Source: a virus. Taken from it: a stretch of 64,000 nucleotides of DNA. The DNA lies in IMG/VR virus record IMGVR_UViG_3300004369_000008, positions 9,987 through 73,986 of that record; one strand, given 5' to 3'. The position numbers and the translations under genes are program-made. Each line of letters starts with the position of its first letter. Position 1 is the first letter of the stretch. Below the pieces are notes generated by a model. The model was not told the DNA's origin. It saw nothing but the letters and a program-made list of their open reading frames with translations, and made no database searches. Positions 18,783 through 27,736 of the stretch are shown in pieces.

Positions 18783-19703
18783 CTAATCCATGGTGATGGG
18801 AGGTATGTCGCCGTACCTTGTCAACAATTCTTCTTGCCACTGTTGTTTAAGTTCCCAACCTTTTGTCTTAAAGTATTCTCCATCCAATTGCATACCACCA
18901 CCGGGACCGGGAGGAGAAGCATATTTACCTCGGATGTGACCCAGCATAATCATTGCGTGAGCCAGAGCGCCTTCCTGCATAGCTTGCGTCACTTCCTTCC
19001 AGTCCTTGCATTTCTGCAAGTAGTGAACAATGACTTTCTGGTGGCCACAAGGCGTTGGATAGAGCTTAATGTACCCGAGATCAGATACCCATTCCCATCC
19101 ACCGAGGTTTGAGCTAACTCGTGAAAACATCTGCTCGTATTGTTTATAGAGAACCCATTCTCCCATTCTGCCCCAGATGGGCTGGATTGGATCGATCAAA
19201 CCACCTTGGATCGACGAATATGCACCACCCGGATAAAAGTATTCAAGAGGTATGGCTCCGTCGAGATCGCTCGCCTGAAAAGCAAATGATCCTTGTTCTT
19301 TGTAGAACACATTTCTGACCATGCCCACATCATCTGGCATCTTATAGACACTCTTGCCGGGCGTGCTACGGAAAGTGTAATAATCGAAGTATTCTCGACC
19401 AGCGTAATCCTCAAAAATCTTGAGCGATTGATCGACAGCCAAATCAAGTTGCTGTTGATCCAATTCGATCTTTACAACAGGTGCGCCCAGCATGAGCAAG
19501 ACATAATCTCTGATGTCTTCCCGAACCTTCTCTCTGTTCTTTCTTGGTGTGAGTTTTCTATCATGTGGTGCTACTGGAGCATTACATGCAGTGCCTCCGC
19601 AGCCAGAAGAGCCGGTTTTTGTGCCAGCAACTCCACAGCTTAAATCTTGATATTGTTGAGCAGATGGCCTGTTAACAGCCAGCGGTCCTTTAGAACATCC
19701 CAT
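18783..19703 (-). CDS. Neck protein, T4 gp13-like
   Basis: LMLGAPVVKIELDQQQLDLAVDQSL; RGKY..PPGPGGGMQLDG. Confidence 0.85.
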   Translation of the reverse strand: MGCSKGPLAVNRPSAQQYQDLSCGVAGTKTGSSGCGGTACNAPVAPHDRKLTPRKNREKVREDIRDYVLLMLGAPVVKIELDQQQLDLAVDQSLKIFEDYAGREYFDYYTFRSTPGKSVYKMPDDVGMVRNVFYKEQGSFAFQASDLDGAIPLEYFYPGGAYSSIQGGLIDPIQPIWGRMGEWVLYKQYEQMFSRVSSNLGGWEWVSDLGYIKLYPTPCGHQKVIVHYLQKCKDWKEVTQAMQEGALAHAMIMLGHIRGKYASPPGPGGGMQLDGEYFKTKGWELKQQWQEELLTRYGDIPPITMD

Positions 19704-19775
19704 TATGCAACTCCCGTATAAGTTGTTGATCCTGTGTCTATATACGTTATGGAATCAGAGAAACGGGGTTTTAAC

Positions 19776-22700
19776 GTGAAGACATCTTTCAGAAAGTTCA
19801 TCGTAAACACCAGTCGGAACAATCCCACATGGTCAGAAATGGCGATGGGAACCCGTCTGGACACAAAATGGGGTGGTTTACCCACGAATCAAGGTTTGTG
19901 CAATGTTGTCAGCCTAGCAGCAAATTCGGATTCTGACAGAGCTTTACTTTTCAAATGGCTACTCAATGATGGTTTGTATCAAGCTGTTCAAGCCAGAAAC
20001 AATCTTACAGAATGGGCCATTGAACAACTGGACTATGAAGTACCAATTCATACTCAAGGACTTCCAGAACCAGCCGTTGGCGGTCTGAGAAAAGCTGTAG
20101 GGGAATCTGTGCAATATAAGGAAGCTTTAAGATCAAGCGAAGAACCTGCACCACCTCGAATTCACAAATACGAAGATCAGATTATCAACCCACTCGACCT
20201 CTTTTCTCCAACGATGAGAAAAAAGATACCAGAGTTGGGCCAGCACGCTGACGAGATTGATGCCAAATGGAAGACAGACTTTGAAGATAAGTTGGCCATT
20301 CCAATCTTCAGAAATGGCAAGGCGAAAGGTTCGATACAGTTAGCCAACTTGAATGCCATCTTAGAATCCAAAGGCTACGAAGGGTTTCATTATGGACCAC
20401 ACATCACAAGCTCTGGAAAGTGGTCTGGCGGTTATCTTCAGAGTGTAGAAAAAGGTGATTGGCTTCAGCCGGGGCAACAGGCACATTGGTCCGATAAAGG
20501 TCAACGACATGGACCAGACCTAAGCCAAGCCGAAATGGTAGAGGATGATAAAGGCAGAGCATTCTATGTGTTTGATAATATGGCCACGCCACAGGATGAG
20601 TACGCACTTCGACGAAAAGCCGCAGTGATGAAGCAAAGGTTTGTAAACCTTGTCAAAGATGTAGGACAAGGAAAGTCAGACATTTCTGACATGCACCAGC
20701 AGATCGCCCAAAGAGTGAAAGCTGGAGACTTTGAAAAAATGCAATGGACTCCGAGCAAGCCTAATCAATATGCCAAGGATAAGTTTGGTGTAGATGCTCG
20801 CACTGCGCAATCTGAAGCTGTTTATCCAACAGAGGTCATCAAAGATATAATCCCCTTGGTTCAAGCGGGATTAAAAGGTCCATTCAAAGTTGCCAATCTT
20901 GAAGATAAACTAGCTGGGGTTCCACCAGAAATTGTATCAGACATGATTATCAAGCGTGAAGGTGACAACTTCTGGATGAGTGACAAGTTCCAGAAAATGG
21001 CTTTTGATTTCATTTTCCAGCATGTTGACATAAATGATCTGGATTCGCAAGAAGAATGGCAGTTGATGCCCAAGAACAAGTGGAAGTCATTCTTGGACAA
21101 GTCTGGTACATTCAATAAAGAAAAAAAATGGACATCGCCTTGGACTGATTTGTTCTTCACGTTGTCTTCTACGATTTCCAATGGCACTCAAAGTCACCCA
21201 GAGCTAATGACGCCTGCTATCAATTTTTCAATCAGGAAAGGTGTATTGCCAATTGAAGATATCGCCAAGCAAAACGAACTTGAACACAGAGAACTTACAC
21301 CACAAGGTTTGGCAGGCTTGGTGAATCAAGGATACAGAATCAATGGTCAGTCAATTCCAAACGATATTCAAGAAATTATGTCTATGCTTGACTCCCATGG
21401 CCACAGTAAGTTGTTGGCCAAAAAGGGAGATCACGTTGTTGAATTAAGGAAAGAGAAAGATGGGAAATACTATGCAGTCTTCCAATCTTCGGGCGACAAT
21501 CCATTTGGCGATCTCGGAGAACCAGATGGACACATGGCAGCCGGTCTTCAAATGCCCGTTTCAATGGGCCAAGGAAGAATGGGAATTTTTCCAACCGGAA
21601 CATCAGAAGAACAAGATGACTTCGAAGAAAAACTCATGCGTGGAGATTTTGGTGAAGGTGATGCTGTAGGAAATGTCACAGAACTCCAATGTGTAAAAAC
21701 TGCTGTCGGCGCTGCTATCAAACAATACAAGAACAGCGGACATCAAAGAGGAACTGTCTCTGACGCCAAGGGCAATAAATCCAGAGGTGCTGCAAGCGAA
21801 GCAGACATTGACGATATCTTTGGTGGGTTCAATGGAATACTGGGCATGGGTGCTGAAGCACTAAAGGCTCTTGGCGGACACTATGCAATGAAGTACGGTT
21901 TCATCACAGATGAGCAGTACAAACAAAATACCAAATTCGATGCCGCTGATGAATTGAATAAGATTGATGGTGGCAGGACATTCTCAGCCAACCTCGAAGA
22001 AACAATGGACAGAGTTGGTGTTGACATCGATGATGTTGCACCAATTGTTGATAGAGTTTGGAAGACAATCCAAAGAGGAGATGGACCTAAGCCAGAAGAC
22101 TTTAGAGATTACATTGAGCAATTTGGAAAGAATTTCTGGGCAGCAGTAAAGCACGCATTGAACTCAAATGCCAAAGCCGGTCGAACACGCCTTATTAAGA
22201 ATTACATCTTCAACAAAATGGAGAAGATGAAGCAATCCCAAGTTAATCAAGGTGGAGTTAATGCTCTAAATGTTGTAGATGATGCCGAAGGACGTGGAGA
22301 TGCTTTGGGAGGTGGAAAAACCTTCAAGTCTGTCGATCCGTTTGGCGGAAGAGTAATGTTGTTGGATGATGATAACTTCGTATTTCTCAAGAAATTCGGA
22401 GCAAAGCTTTATGGCAAAGAACCACTTCCAGAAAGTCTTGATGAACTAAAGGCATTGATTGATGCTGATGCTAATGGAACAGTTTCAGTTAGTTCGGTCA
22501 TTCAAATGAAACCAGAAGAGTTGAAAAATTACTTGAAAGACAAATCTGATATTGAACATCTTTCAAAACTTTCCGGTATTAAATTCAAGCTGTATCTCTA
22601 CAAAGGTCTTAGAGAAAAAGATGTTGTGAGTTACATCGATCAAGAGACAACAGAAGAAGCTTACTTGATGAAAGCAACTCGTCCAGATGATCTCGGAAAA

Positions 22701-23174
22701 GGTCAGGATCAGAGAAAAGTTGATCTGAAAACAGGATTTGCTAAACCGGATGATTTTGGAAAAAGAGTAAAAGACTTCAAAGCCGGAACTGGCGTGGGTG
22801 GTCCTGATGTTAAGCCAGCGACCAAGCCAGCAACCGCTGCATCACAGCCACAAGCACCATCAACTTGGGCTGCTCCTAAGATAAAGCCAAGTGCGGAAGT
22901 TCCGGCTCAGACGCCGCAGCCTCAGCAGGGCGTTTGGTCTGCTCCTAAGATAAAGAAGTTTGGAGAGGCTACTCTTCCAAGTTACAAAATTTGGAAAGAG
23001 ACATCAGTGGTTTATGATCCAAAGATGAAGAACCCAAAGAAGGGTTCAGGATTCAATTGGTGGGGAACTCCCGGCAATGCAGGAGGCACTGAAATTGGCG
23101 GCGAAGTCGAAACCATGAAGAATGATCCAGATGGAACGAAAGGAGTCAAGAGTGGCAAACGTAAAAGAGGCTAA
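19776..23174 (+). CDS. Large hypothetical protein, probable virion-internal protein
   Basis: About 1130 aa; likely GTG start MKTSFRKFI; CTATATA upstream. Confidence 0.75.
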   Translation: MKTSFRKFIVNTSRNNPTWSEMAMGTRLDTKWGGLPTNQGLCNVVSLAANSDSDRALLFKWLLNDGLYQAVQARNNLTEWAIEQLDYEVPIHTQGLPEPAVGGLRKAVGESVQYKEALRSSEEPAPPRIHKYEDQIINPLDLFSPTMRKKIPELGQHADEIDAKWKTDFEDKLAIPIFRNGKAKGSIQLANLNAILESKGYEGFHYGPHITSSGKWSGGYLQSVEKGDWLQPGQQAHWSDKGQRHGPDLSQAEMVEDDKGRAFYVFDNMATPQDEYALRRKAAVMKQRFVNLVKDVGQGKSDISDMHQQIAQRVKAGDFEKMQWTPSKPNQYAKDKFGVDARTAQSEAVYPTEVIKDIIPLVQAGLKGPFKVANLEDKLAGVPPEIVSDMIIKREGDNFWMSDKFQKMAFDFIFQHVDINDLDSQEEWQLMPKNKWKSFLDKSGTFNKEKKWTSPWTDLFFTLSSTISNGTQSHPELMTPAINFSIRKGVLPIEDIAKQNELEHRELTPQGLAGLVNQGYRINGQSIPNDIQEIMSMLDSHGHSKLLAKKGDHVVELRKEKDGKYYAVFQSSGDNPFGDLGEPDGHMAAGLQMPVSMGQGRMGIFPTGTSEEQDDFEEKLMRGDFGEGDAVGNVTELQCVKTAVGAAIKQYKNSGHQRGTVSDAKGNKSRGAASEADIDDIFGGFNGILGMGAEALKALGGHYAMKYGFITDEQYKQNTKFDAADELNKIDGGRTFSANLEETMDRVGVDIDDVAPIVDRVWKTIQRGDGPKPEDFRDYIEQFGKNFWAAVKHALNSNAKAGRTRLIKNYIFNKMEKMKQSQVNQGGVNALNVVDDAEGRGDALGGGKTFKSVDPFGGRVMLLDDDNFVFLKKFGAKLYGKEPLPESLDELKALIDADANGTVSVSSVIQMKPEELKNYLKDKSDIEHLSKLSGIKFKLYLYKGLREKDVVSYIDQETTEEAYLMKATRPDDLGKGQDQRKVDLKTGFAKPDDFGKRVKDFKAGTGVGGPDVKPATKPATAASQPQAPSTWAAPKIKPSAEVPAQTPQPQQGVWSAPKIKKFGEATLPSYKIWKETSVVYDPKMKNPKKGSGFNWWGTPGNAGGTEIGGEVETMKNDPDGTKGVKSGKRKRG

Positions 23175-23439
23175 AGAGAAGCTTGTTCAATACATGAACA
23201 ATCCAAAGGCATTCACTTTGAAAAGGTGGTTCCTTGAGTTGCTCAAAGAGAGATATGCAAAACACGATCCGATTGTTGAGCGAGTCGCATTGTCTTTGTC
23301 CACAGATGCCGACCTTAAAGATTTTGGAGCTTTAGTTGCAGAAATCTTTGAGGCCGGTTATTTCAAAGCTGTGAATGATTACAAAGAACAAGCAGAAAAA
23401 GCTGGGATGCAAGTCAAAATAGTTTCGCCCAAATCTTAA
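23152..23439 (+). CDS. Hypothetical protein
   Basis: GTG start after AAGGAG. Confidence 0.7.
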   Translation: MANVKEAKEKLVQYMNNPKAFTLKRWFLELLKERYAKHDPIVERVALSLSTDADLKDFGALVAEIFEAGYFKAVNDYKEQAEKAGMQVKIVSPKS

Positions 23440-24134
23440 CTAAAATCAGGGTTGACATCAGACGGGAGTGCTTTCACTAGGAAGCCTCCCGTTTTTGGTT
23501 CAATCTCTTCAACTCGCCACCATCGACTCTCTTTTCTGCGTGGCATGATAACAGAACCTTTGGTCATTGTTTTCACACACCAGAAGACAATCTCTAGGTC
23601 GTTTTCATCGACAACGACAGCATCAAAAACAAACTTGTCTCCGTATCTGTTCATCTTATATTCTGTTCCATACAGATCATCCTTCATTGTAATCTGTACG
23701 ACTGGGGCACAATGAAACTCCATGCCTCGCTCACTAAAAATACGAGCCACTTGAGAACTGACATTGAACTCTTTGACTTCTTCCTTTGGTAGCAACATTG
23801 GTGCGCTTGTCTCAAATTCATCAATCACTGGTGACTCTTCTTCAACAACAGCGATTTCAGTCAATGGCTTGGAAGACTTGAGTTCATTCACGAACTCAAA
23901 AGGTGGAATCCATTCAGCATTGGGACGAAGATCAAGTTCTTCAGCGATATCAATTTGTGGATGCTCTTTCTTAAACTTCTCTTCGGGAGAAACTGGGTCT
24001 TTAGCAATCTCAGAATCCCATGAGAAATTATGCAGGACCAGTTTGGATTTATCCCAATCCAGAGCTTGGTCGTTCATCAAAGGATTTGGTCCTCTGAGCT
24101 TGTAGACCTTTCCTTGTTTATCACGAATTGGCAT
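23436..24134 (-). CDS. Hypothetical protein
   Basis: 232-aa ORF. Confidence 0.7.
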   Translation of the reverse strand: MPIRDKQGKVYKLRGPNPLMNDQALDWDKSKLVLHNFSWDSEIAKDPVSPEEKFKKEHPQIDIAEELDLRPNAEWIPPFEFVNELKSSKPLTEIAVVEEESPVIDEFETSAPMLLPKEEVKEFNVSSQVARIFSERGMEFHCAPVVQITMKDDLYGTEYKMNRYGDKFVFDAVVVDENDLEIVFWCVKTMTKGSVIMPRRKESRWWRVEEIEPKTGGFLVKALPSDVNPDFS

Positions 24135-24474
24135 GTTTGTATCCTAACTTCACATCTGCTTCACCGCCAATTACAAAACTTGTAATGTTTCGGTGAATGC
24201 TATTGTTGACAATTTTGCTGATGAGTGACTGACTCACTTGGTATTTATCCGCCAGTTCAGTTTGCGTGTATTCTTTCGTTTGATACAAGGTGCGTATCTC
24301 GCCCACTTGTAGGCTTTCCAATCTATCCAAACCGAAGTTTGTGAGTCCATTAGCTTTCAAAACTCGATTGAGAGTTCTTCTACTAATATGGAACTGTTCG
24401 CAGACTTCTTGTCGTGATTTCTCAGAAACTAATAGCTTGAGGTCGTTTATGTTCAAATCTCTTATTTTGGCCAT
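24121..24474 (-). CDS. Tandem helix-turn-helix DNA-binding protein
   Basis: SRQEVCEQFHISRRTLNRVL and TQTELADKYQVSQSLISKIV. Confidence 0.75.
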   Translation of the reverse strand: MAKIRDLNINDLKLLVSEKSRQEVCEQFHISRRTLNRVLKANGLTNFGLDRLESLQVGEIRTLYQTKEYTQTELADKYQVSQSLISKIVNNSIHRNITSFVIGGEADVKLGYKHANS

Positions 24475-24552
24475 TTGTAATACACCTGAAATTATTCAAA
24501 TGAGACACCATATATAAGAGTCCAAGGATTCAATTCCCGAAAGAGGTAAAAT

Positions 24553-24954
24553 ATGGCACTTGTATGTCCCGATGTTAAAGGTGAGATTCTTCTCCTGCAA
24601 TACATTGTTGGTATGGTAAATGCTGACAATCCCGTTCTCCATTTGTATGGTAACGACATAACTCCATCTGATTCTACAGTCATTGGCGATTTGACCGAGG
24701 TTGCTGGTGCAACTGGGTATGCGTCAGTTACTCTGCTGTCAGCAAACTGGACAACTACTCAATCTGCTGGTGTGACCACGGCTGTTTACTCTGAGCAGAC
24801 ATTCACATTCACGACAGATGCGACTTCTTATGGATACTACGTTACAGACGAGAGTAACAACTTGCTGTGGCTTGAGAGATTCAGCGGCGCACCGTTTGAT
24901 ATACCTGATGGTGGAGGTACGATCAGTATTACGGCTAAGCTGACGCTTAGCTAA
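24553..24954 (+). CDS. Small beta-rich virion structural protein
   Basis: LHLY.NDITP...LTE...GYA pattern; GAGG RBS; ATATATA upstream; terminator downstream. Confidence 0.65.
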   Translation: MALVCPDVKGEILLLQYIVGMVNADNPVLHLYGNDITPSDSTVIGDLTEVAGATGYASVTLLSANWTTTQSAGVTTAVYSEQTFTFTTDATSYGYYVTDESNNLLWLERFSGAPFDIPDGGGTISITAKLTLS

Positions 24955-24982
24955 GCTTATACTGAAATTATGCAAGCGCAAC

Positions 24983-25018
24983 AAAAAAGCCCAGTCATTT
25001 CTGACTGGGCTTTTTTTT
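24983..25018. terminator. Bidirectional terminator
   Basis: AAAAAAGCCCAGTCA-tttc-TGACTGGGCTTTTTTTT. Confidence 0.85.
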
Positions 25019-25022
25019 GTTG

Positions 25023-25499
25023 TTACTTAGGAAGAACGCTACCAACGTTTCCCATGGCAGTCCACTGAGCAGTAAGCTCAGGTACGGTCTTCTTTCTCCA
25101 ATCACCGTTGCGATATTTGTCAACAATCCAGTCGATGGATGGTGATATCAAGTCGTTGATGACGTAGTTCTTGATTGCGCCCGCAAATGGCTTGAGATAA
25201 ATTGGCAAAGCCTCTGCGATGACATAATCATAAAGACGTGATACAGCATCCAGAACTGTAGCCTTCTTATCTGGGCCATTGTCAAGAGCTTCATCGACGT
25301 ATGCAATCAGATCATCGAGACCTGCAAGCAAAAACGTTGTGACTCTTGTTAGGCTAATCTTCTTCCAAAATTTCCACCAAGGAGACGTTTCCTTGGAGGC
25401 GTCCCATGAAGCAGACATGGCGCTGACGAAATTATCAATGTTCTCATCAACGAAAGCTGTTCCGATTGGGTTTGATTCATCTTTAATGATGGTTTCCAT
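25023..25499 (-). CDS. Hypothetical helical protein
   Basis: Start METII after AAGGAG. Confidence 0.7.
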   Translation of the reverse strand: METIIKDESNPIGTAFVDENIDNFVSAMSASWDASKETSPWWKFWKKISLTRVTTFLLAGLDDLIAYVDEALDNGPDKKATVLDAVSRLYDYVIAEALPIYLKPFAGAIKNYVINDLISPSIDWIVDKYRNGDWRKKTVPELTAQWTAMGNVGSVLPK

Positions 25500-25509
25500 C
25501 GTTGCTCCT

Positions 25510-25701
25510 TTAAGATTGTGTGTGTGATTCAATCCATTCGTTGAACACTGTGTCAACATGCTTTGTTAGGTACTCATCAATAGCACCAGCGTTGAAGACC
25601 TTAATCTTCTCGACAAGTTCCTTTATTTCTTCAACCGTGAATGTTTTTTCTTTTTTGCCGAACCACGGCCATCCGAGCAAATCACGTTTTTCATCAGACA
25701 T
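25510..25701 (-). CDS. Small hypothetical protein
   Basis: AAGGAGG RBS; CATAAATA upstream. Confidence 0.65.
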   Translation of the reverse strand: MSDEKRDLLGWPWFGKKEKTFTVEEIKELVEKIKVFNAGAIDEYLTKHVDTVFNEWIESHTQS

Positions 25702-25782
25702 GATAACCTCCTTGAAGTTTGTCTATACCATATTTATGCAGCGAGCCTCAATTCGGTCTGACAAAAGGATATATAAGATGCC

Positions 25783-26355
25783 ATGGGAATTAAGAACCAA
25801 GACGGAACACCGTACAATGTAACAGGATCATTGCAACAATTTGATCCAGAGAATCCCGAGATTGACTTGTTCAATGTCTGGGATCAGGAAGCCATTGAAA
25901 TTGGTGGTACGCCGATCTTGTACTACGAGGTCTTCATCAACATTAGCAGCATTGATGAATTGTACATGGAGTCCCGAGGAAAGATTTGGTCACAGTGTCC
26001 AATCTGTCTTTATGGCTACTACGATCCAATCCCATCTCAGAATTCTATGGGTGCATTTGGCATTGATTCACCCGATGAGATGATGTTCGAGTTCAACTAC
26101 AGAAGTGTTCTCAAAACAATGTGTCACGCTCCAAAAATTGGATCGAGACTCTACACGCCACACAAAAGAGAACACTGGGTTGTGATTCAGAGGAACGTTG
26201 AAGAATTCAAATTGTGGGGCGAGCTTCGTCTACAGGTAATGTGCAAGAGATTCCAAGAGTCTCTCACAACTGGGGAAGGCAGAGTCACACAAAGAGAGCC
26301 TGATTTCAAAGTCAACAGTCTTAAAGATGTTGGTCGGAGTCAGAAAAATTGCTGA
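25783..26355 (+). CDS. Neck/head-closure protein, T4 gp14-like
   Basis: EAIEIGG..ILYY; DELYMES; AFGIDSPDE; synteny with gp15 and sheath. Confidence 0.7.
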   Translation: MGIKNQDGTPYNVTGSLQQFDPENPEIDLFNVWDQEAIEIGGTPILYYEVFINISSIDELYMESRGKIWSQCPICLYGYYDPIPSQNSMGAFGIDSPDEMMFEFNYRSVLKTMCHAPKIGSRLYTPHKREHWVVIQRNVEEFKLWGELRLQVMCKRFQESLTTGEGRVTQREPDFKVNSLKDVGRSQKNC

Positions 26356-26505
26356 ATTTAATTCTGCGTGGCGGATGAACATTGCTGAAAAAGACCAATG
26401 GTGGTTTGACTGGCTTCAATTTGGATGAGAATTTTACTTTCTTAATCAGCGTCTTTTCATTTTTGATTAGTCGATATGGTTTCATAGATACACCTAGGAG
26501 AACAA

Positions 26506-27513
26506 ATGCCAATTCCAGACTTGAACCCTTGTAATGATCCGGGGAACGTCCTTGATCTTAATGTAGATACACCGCCACCATTTTGTCGTGAGCGGAAAGT
26601 CGATTGCAATGGAAGTCCAATTCTTCAAGGACAGAAGGATGTCACATCAGAGCGTGATCTTGATTGGCTCGTAGAAGAAACATCTCGCACAAAGATGGGT
26701 TCGGGAGCATCTGCCTTGTGTGATCCAATGCAAACGGGTCACATTATCAATGAGCAGGGAATGTCTGAACCAAACAGAAATGTTCTGTATCGTTATGCGA
26801 AATCATTAAGAGGAACTGACGAAGCTATGGTTGACCTGTTTAGGGACATCATAGTAATCGACGAAGACGGTAAAGCCCTACCAGTTCCTATTATCTGGGC
26901 CACGCAAGAAAAGGCGGTGGCCGCAATCATCCAATCGAACGTTCGAAAGGATGAAAGTCTAGTCGTTGATAGGGTCCGTCTGCCAATGCTGGCAATTCAT
27001 TCTTCTGGTTACAACTTTAATCAAGATCGATATGTCTATCACAAGGCCATTGATTATTTGAGAAAAGAAAGACTTGGATGGGCACCGGGCTTCACAAGAA
27101 AAGAGAGATATGAAAGAGATACTGTGTTTGGAGTGGCGAAGGGACTTCCACTTGATATTAGCTACACACTTTACGGCTGGACGCTGTATAGCGAAGACAT
27201 GAACCAGATTCTTACACAAATCATCACAAAATTTAGCCCTATAGCATACATACGAGTAAGAGGAATCTCATGGGAAATCGGTGTCAAGCTCGATTCAATC
27301 GCTAATAACGTTGATATTGAGCCGGGCGACCAAAACGAACGAGTTCTCAAATTTGAATTCGGATTCACCGCCGAATCCTTCGTGGCACAGCCAATCGTAA
27401 GGAAGAAAGCGGTACTGAAGACAAAGATTGACGTTGTGGACGCAATCGAAGACAAGGACATCACAGAGGTTCTATCAAAACTAGAAAGCGCAGTGAAGGA
27501 GTTAGAAGAATGA
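26506..27513 (+). CDS. Tail terminator/sheath stabiliser, T4 gp15-like
   Basis: VPIIWATQEK, RLPMLAI, P.DISYTL, DMNQILTQI..KF. Confidence 0.8.
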   Translation: MPIPDLNPCNDPGNVLDLNVDTPPPFCRERKVDCNGSPILQGQKDVTSERDLDWLVEETSRTKMGSGASALCDPMQTGHIINEQGMSEPNRNVLYRYAKSLRGTDEAMVDLFRDIIVIDEDGKALPVPIIWATQEKAVAAIIQSNVRKDESLVVDRVRLPMLAIHSSGYNFNQDRYVYHKAIDYLRKERLGWAPGFTRKERYERDTVFGVAKGLPLDISYTLYGWTLYSEDMNQILTQIITKFSPIAYIRVRGISWEIGVKLDSIANNVDIEPGDQNERVLKFEFGFTAESFVAQPIVRKKAVLKTKIDVVDAIEDKDITEVLSKLESAVKELEE

Positions 27514-27734
27514 TTGAGATTAAGAACAAGAGCAGGAGTCCAGTTCAACTCGTTGTTCGTTCAAGGAAGGCACCAAGGTCGTTCACGACGTTAATTGTCC
27601 CCGGCATCGGCAAGGGCAACAACATCAGGCTAATCGAGGATGAGCTAGTAACGGAATATATTCCACGAGTGGAAAAAATGGGCCTGATTGAGACTAGATA
27701 TGTACCCAACAGTGAAGTTGTTAAGGGAGAATAG
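27510..27734 (+). CDS. Small hypothetical tail-module protein
   Basis: ATGA-coupled between gp15-like gene and sheath. Confidence 0.7.
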   Translation: MIEIKNKSRSPVQLVVRSRKAPRSFTTLIVPGIGKGNNIRLIEDELVTEYIPRVEKMGLIETRYVPNSEVVKGE

Positions 27735-27736
27735 AC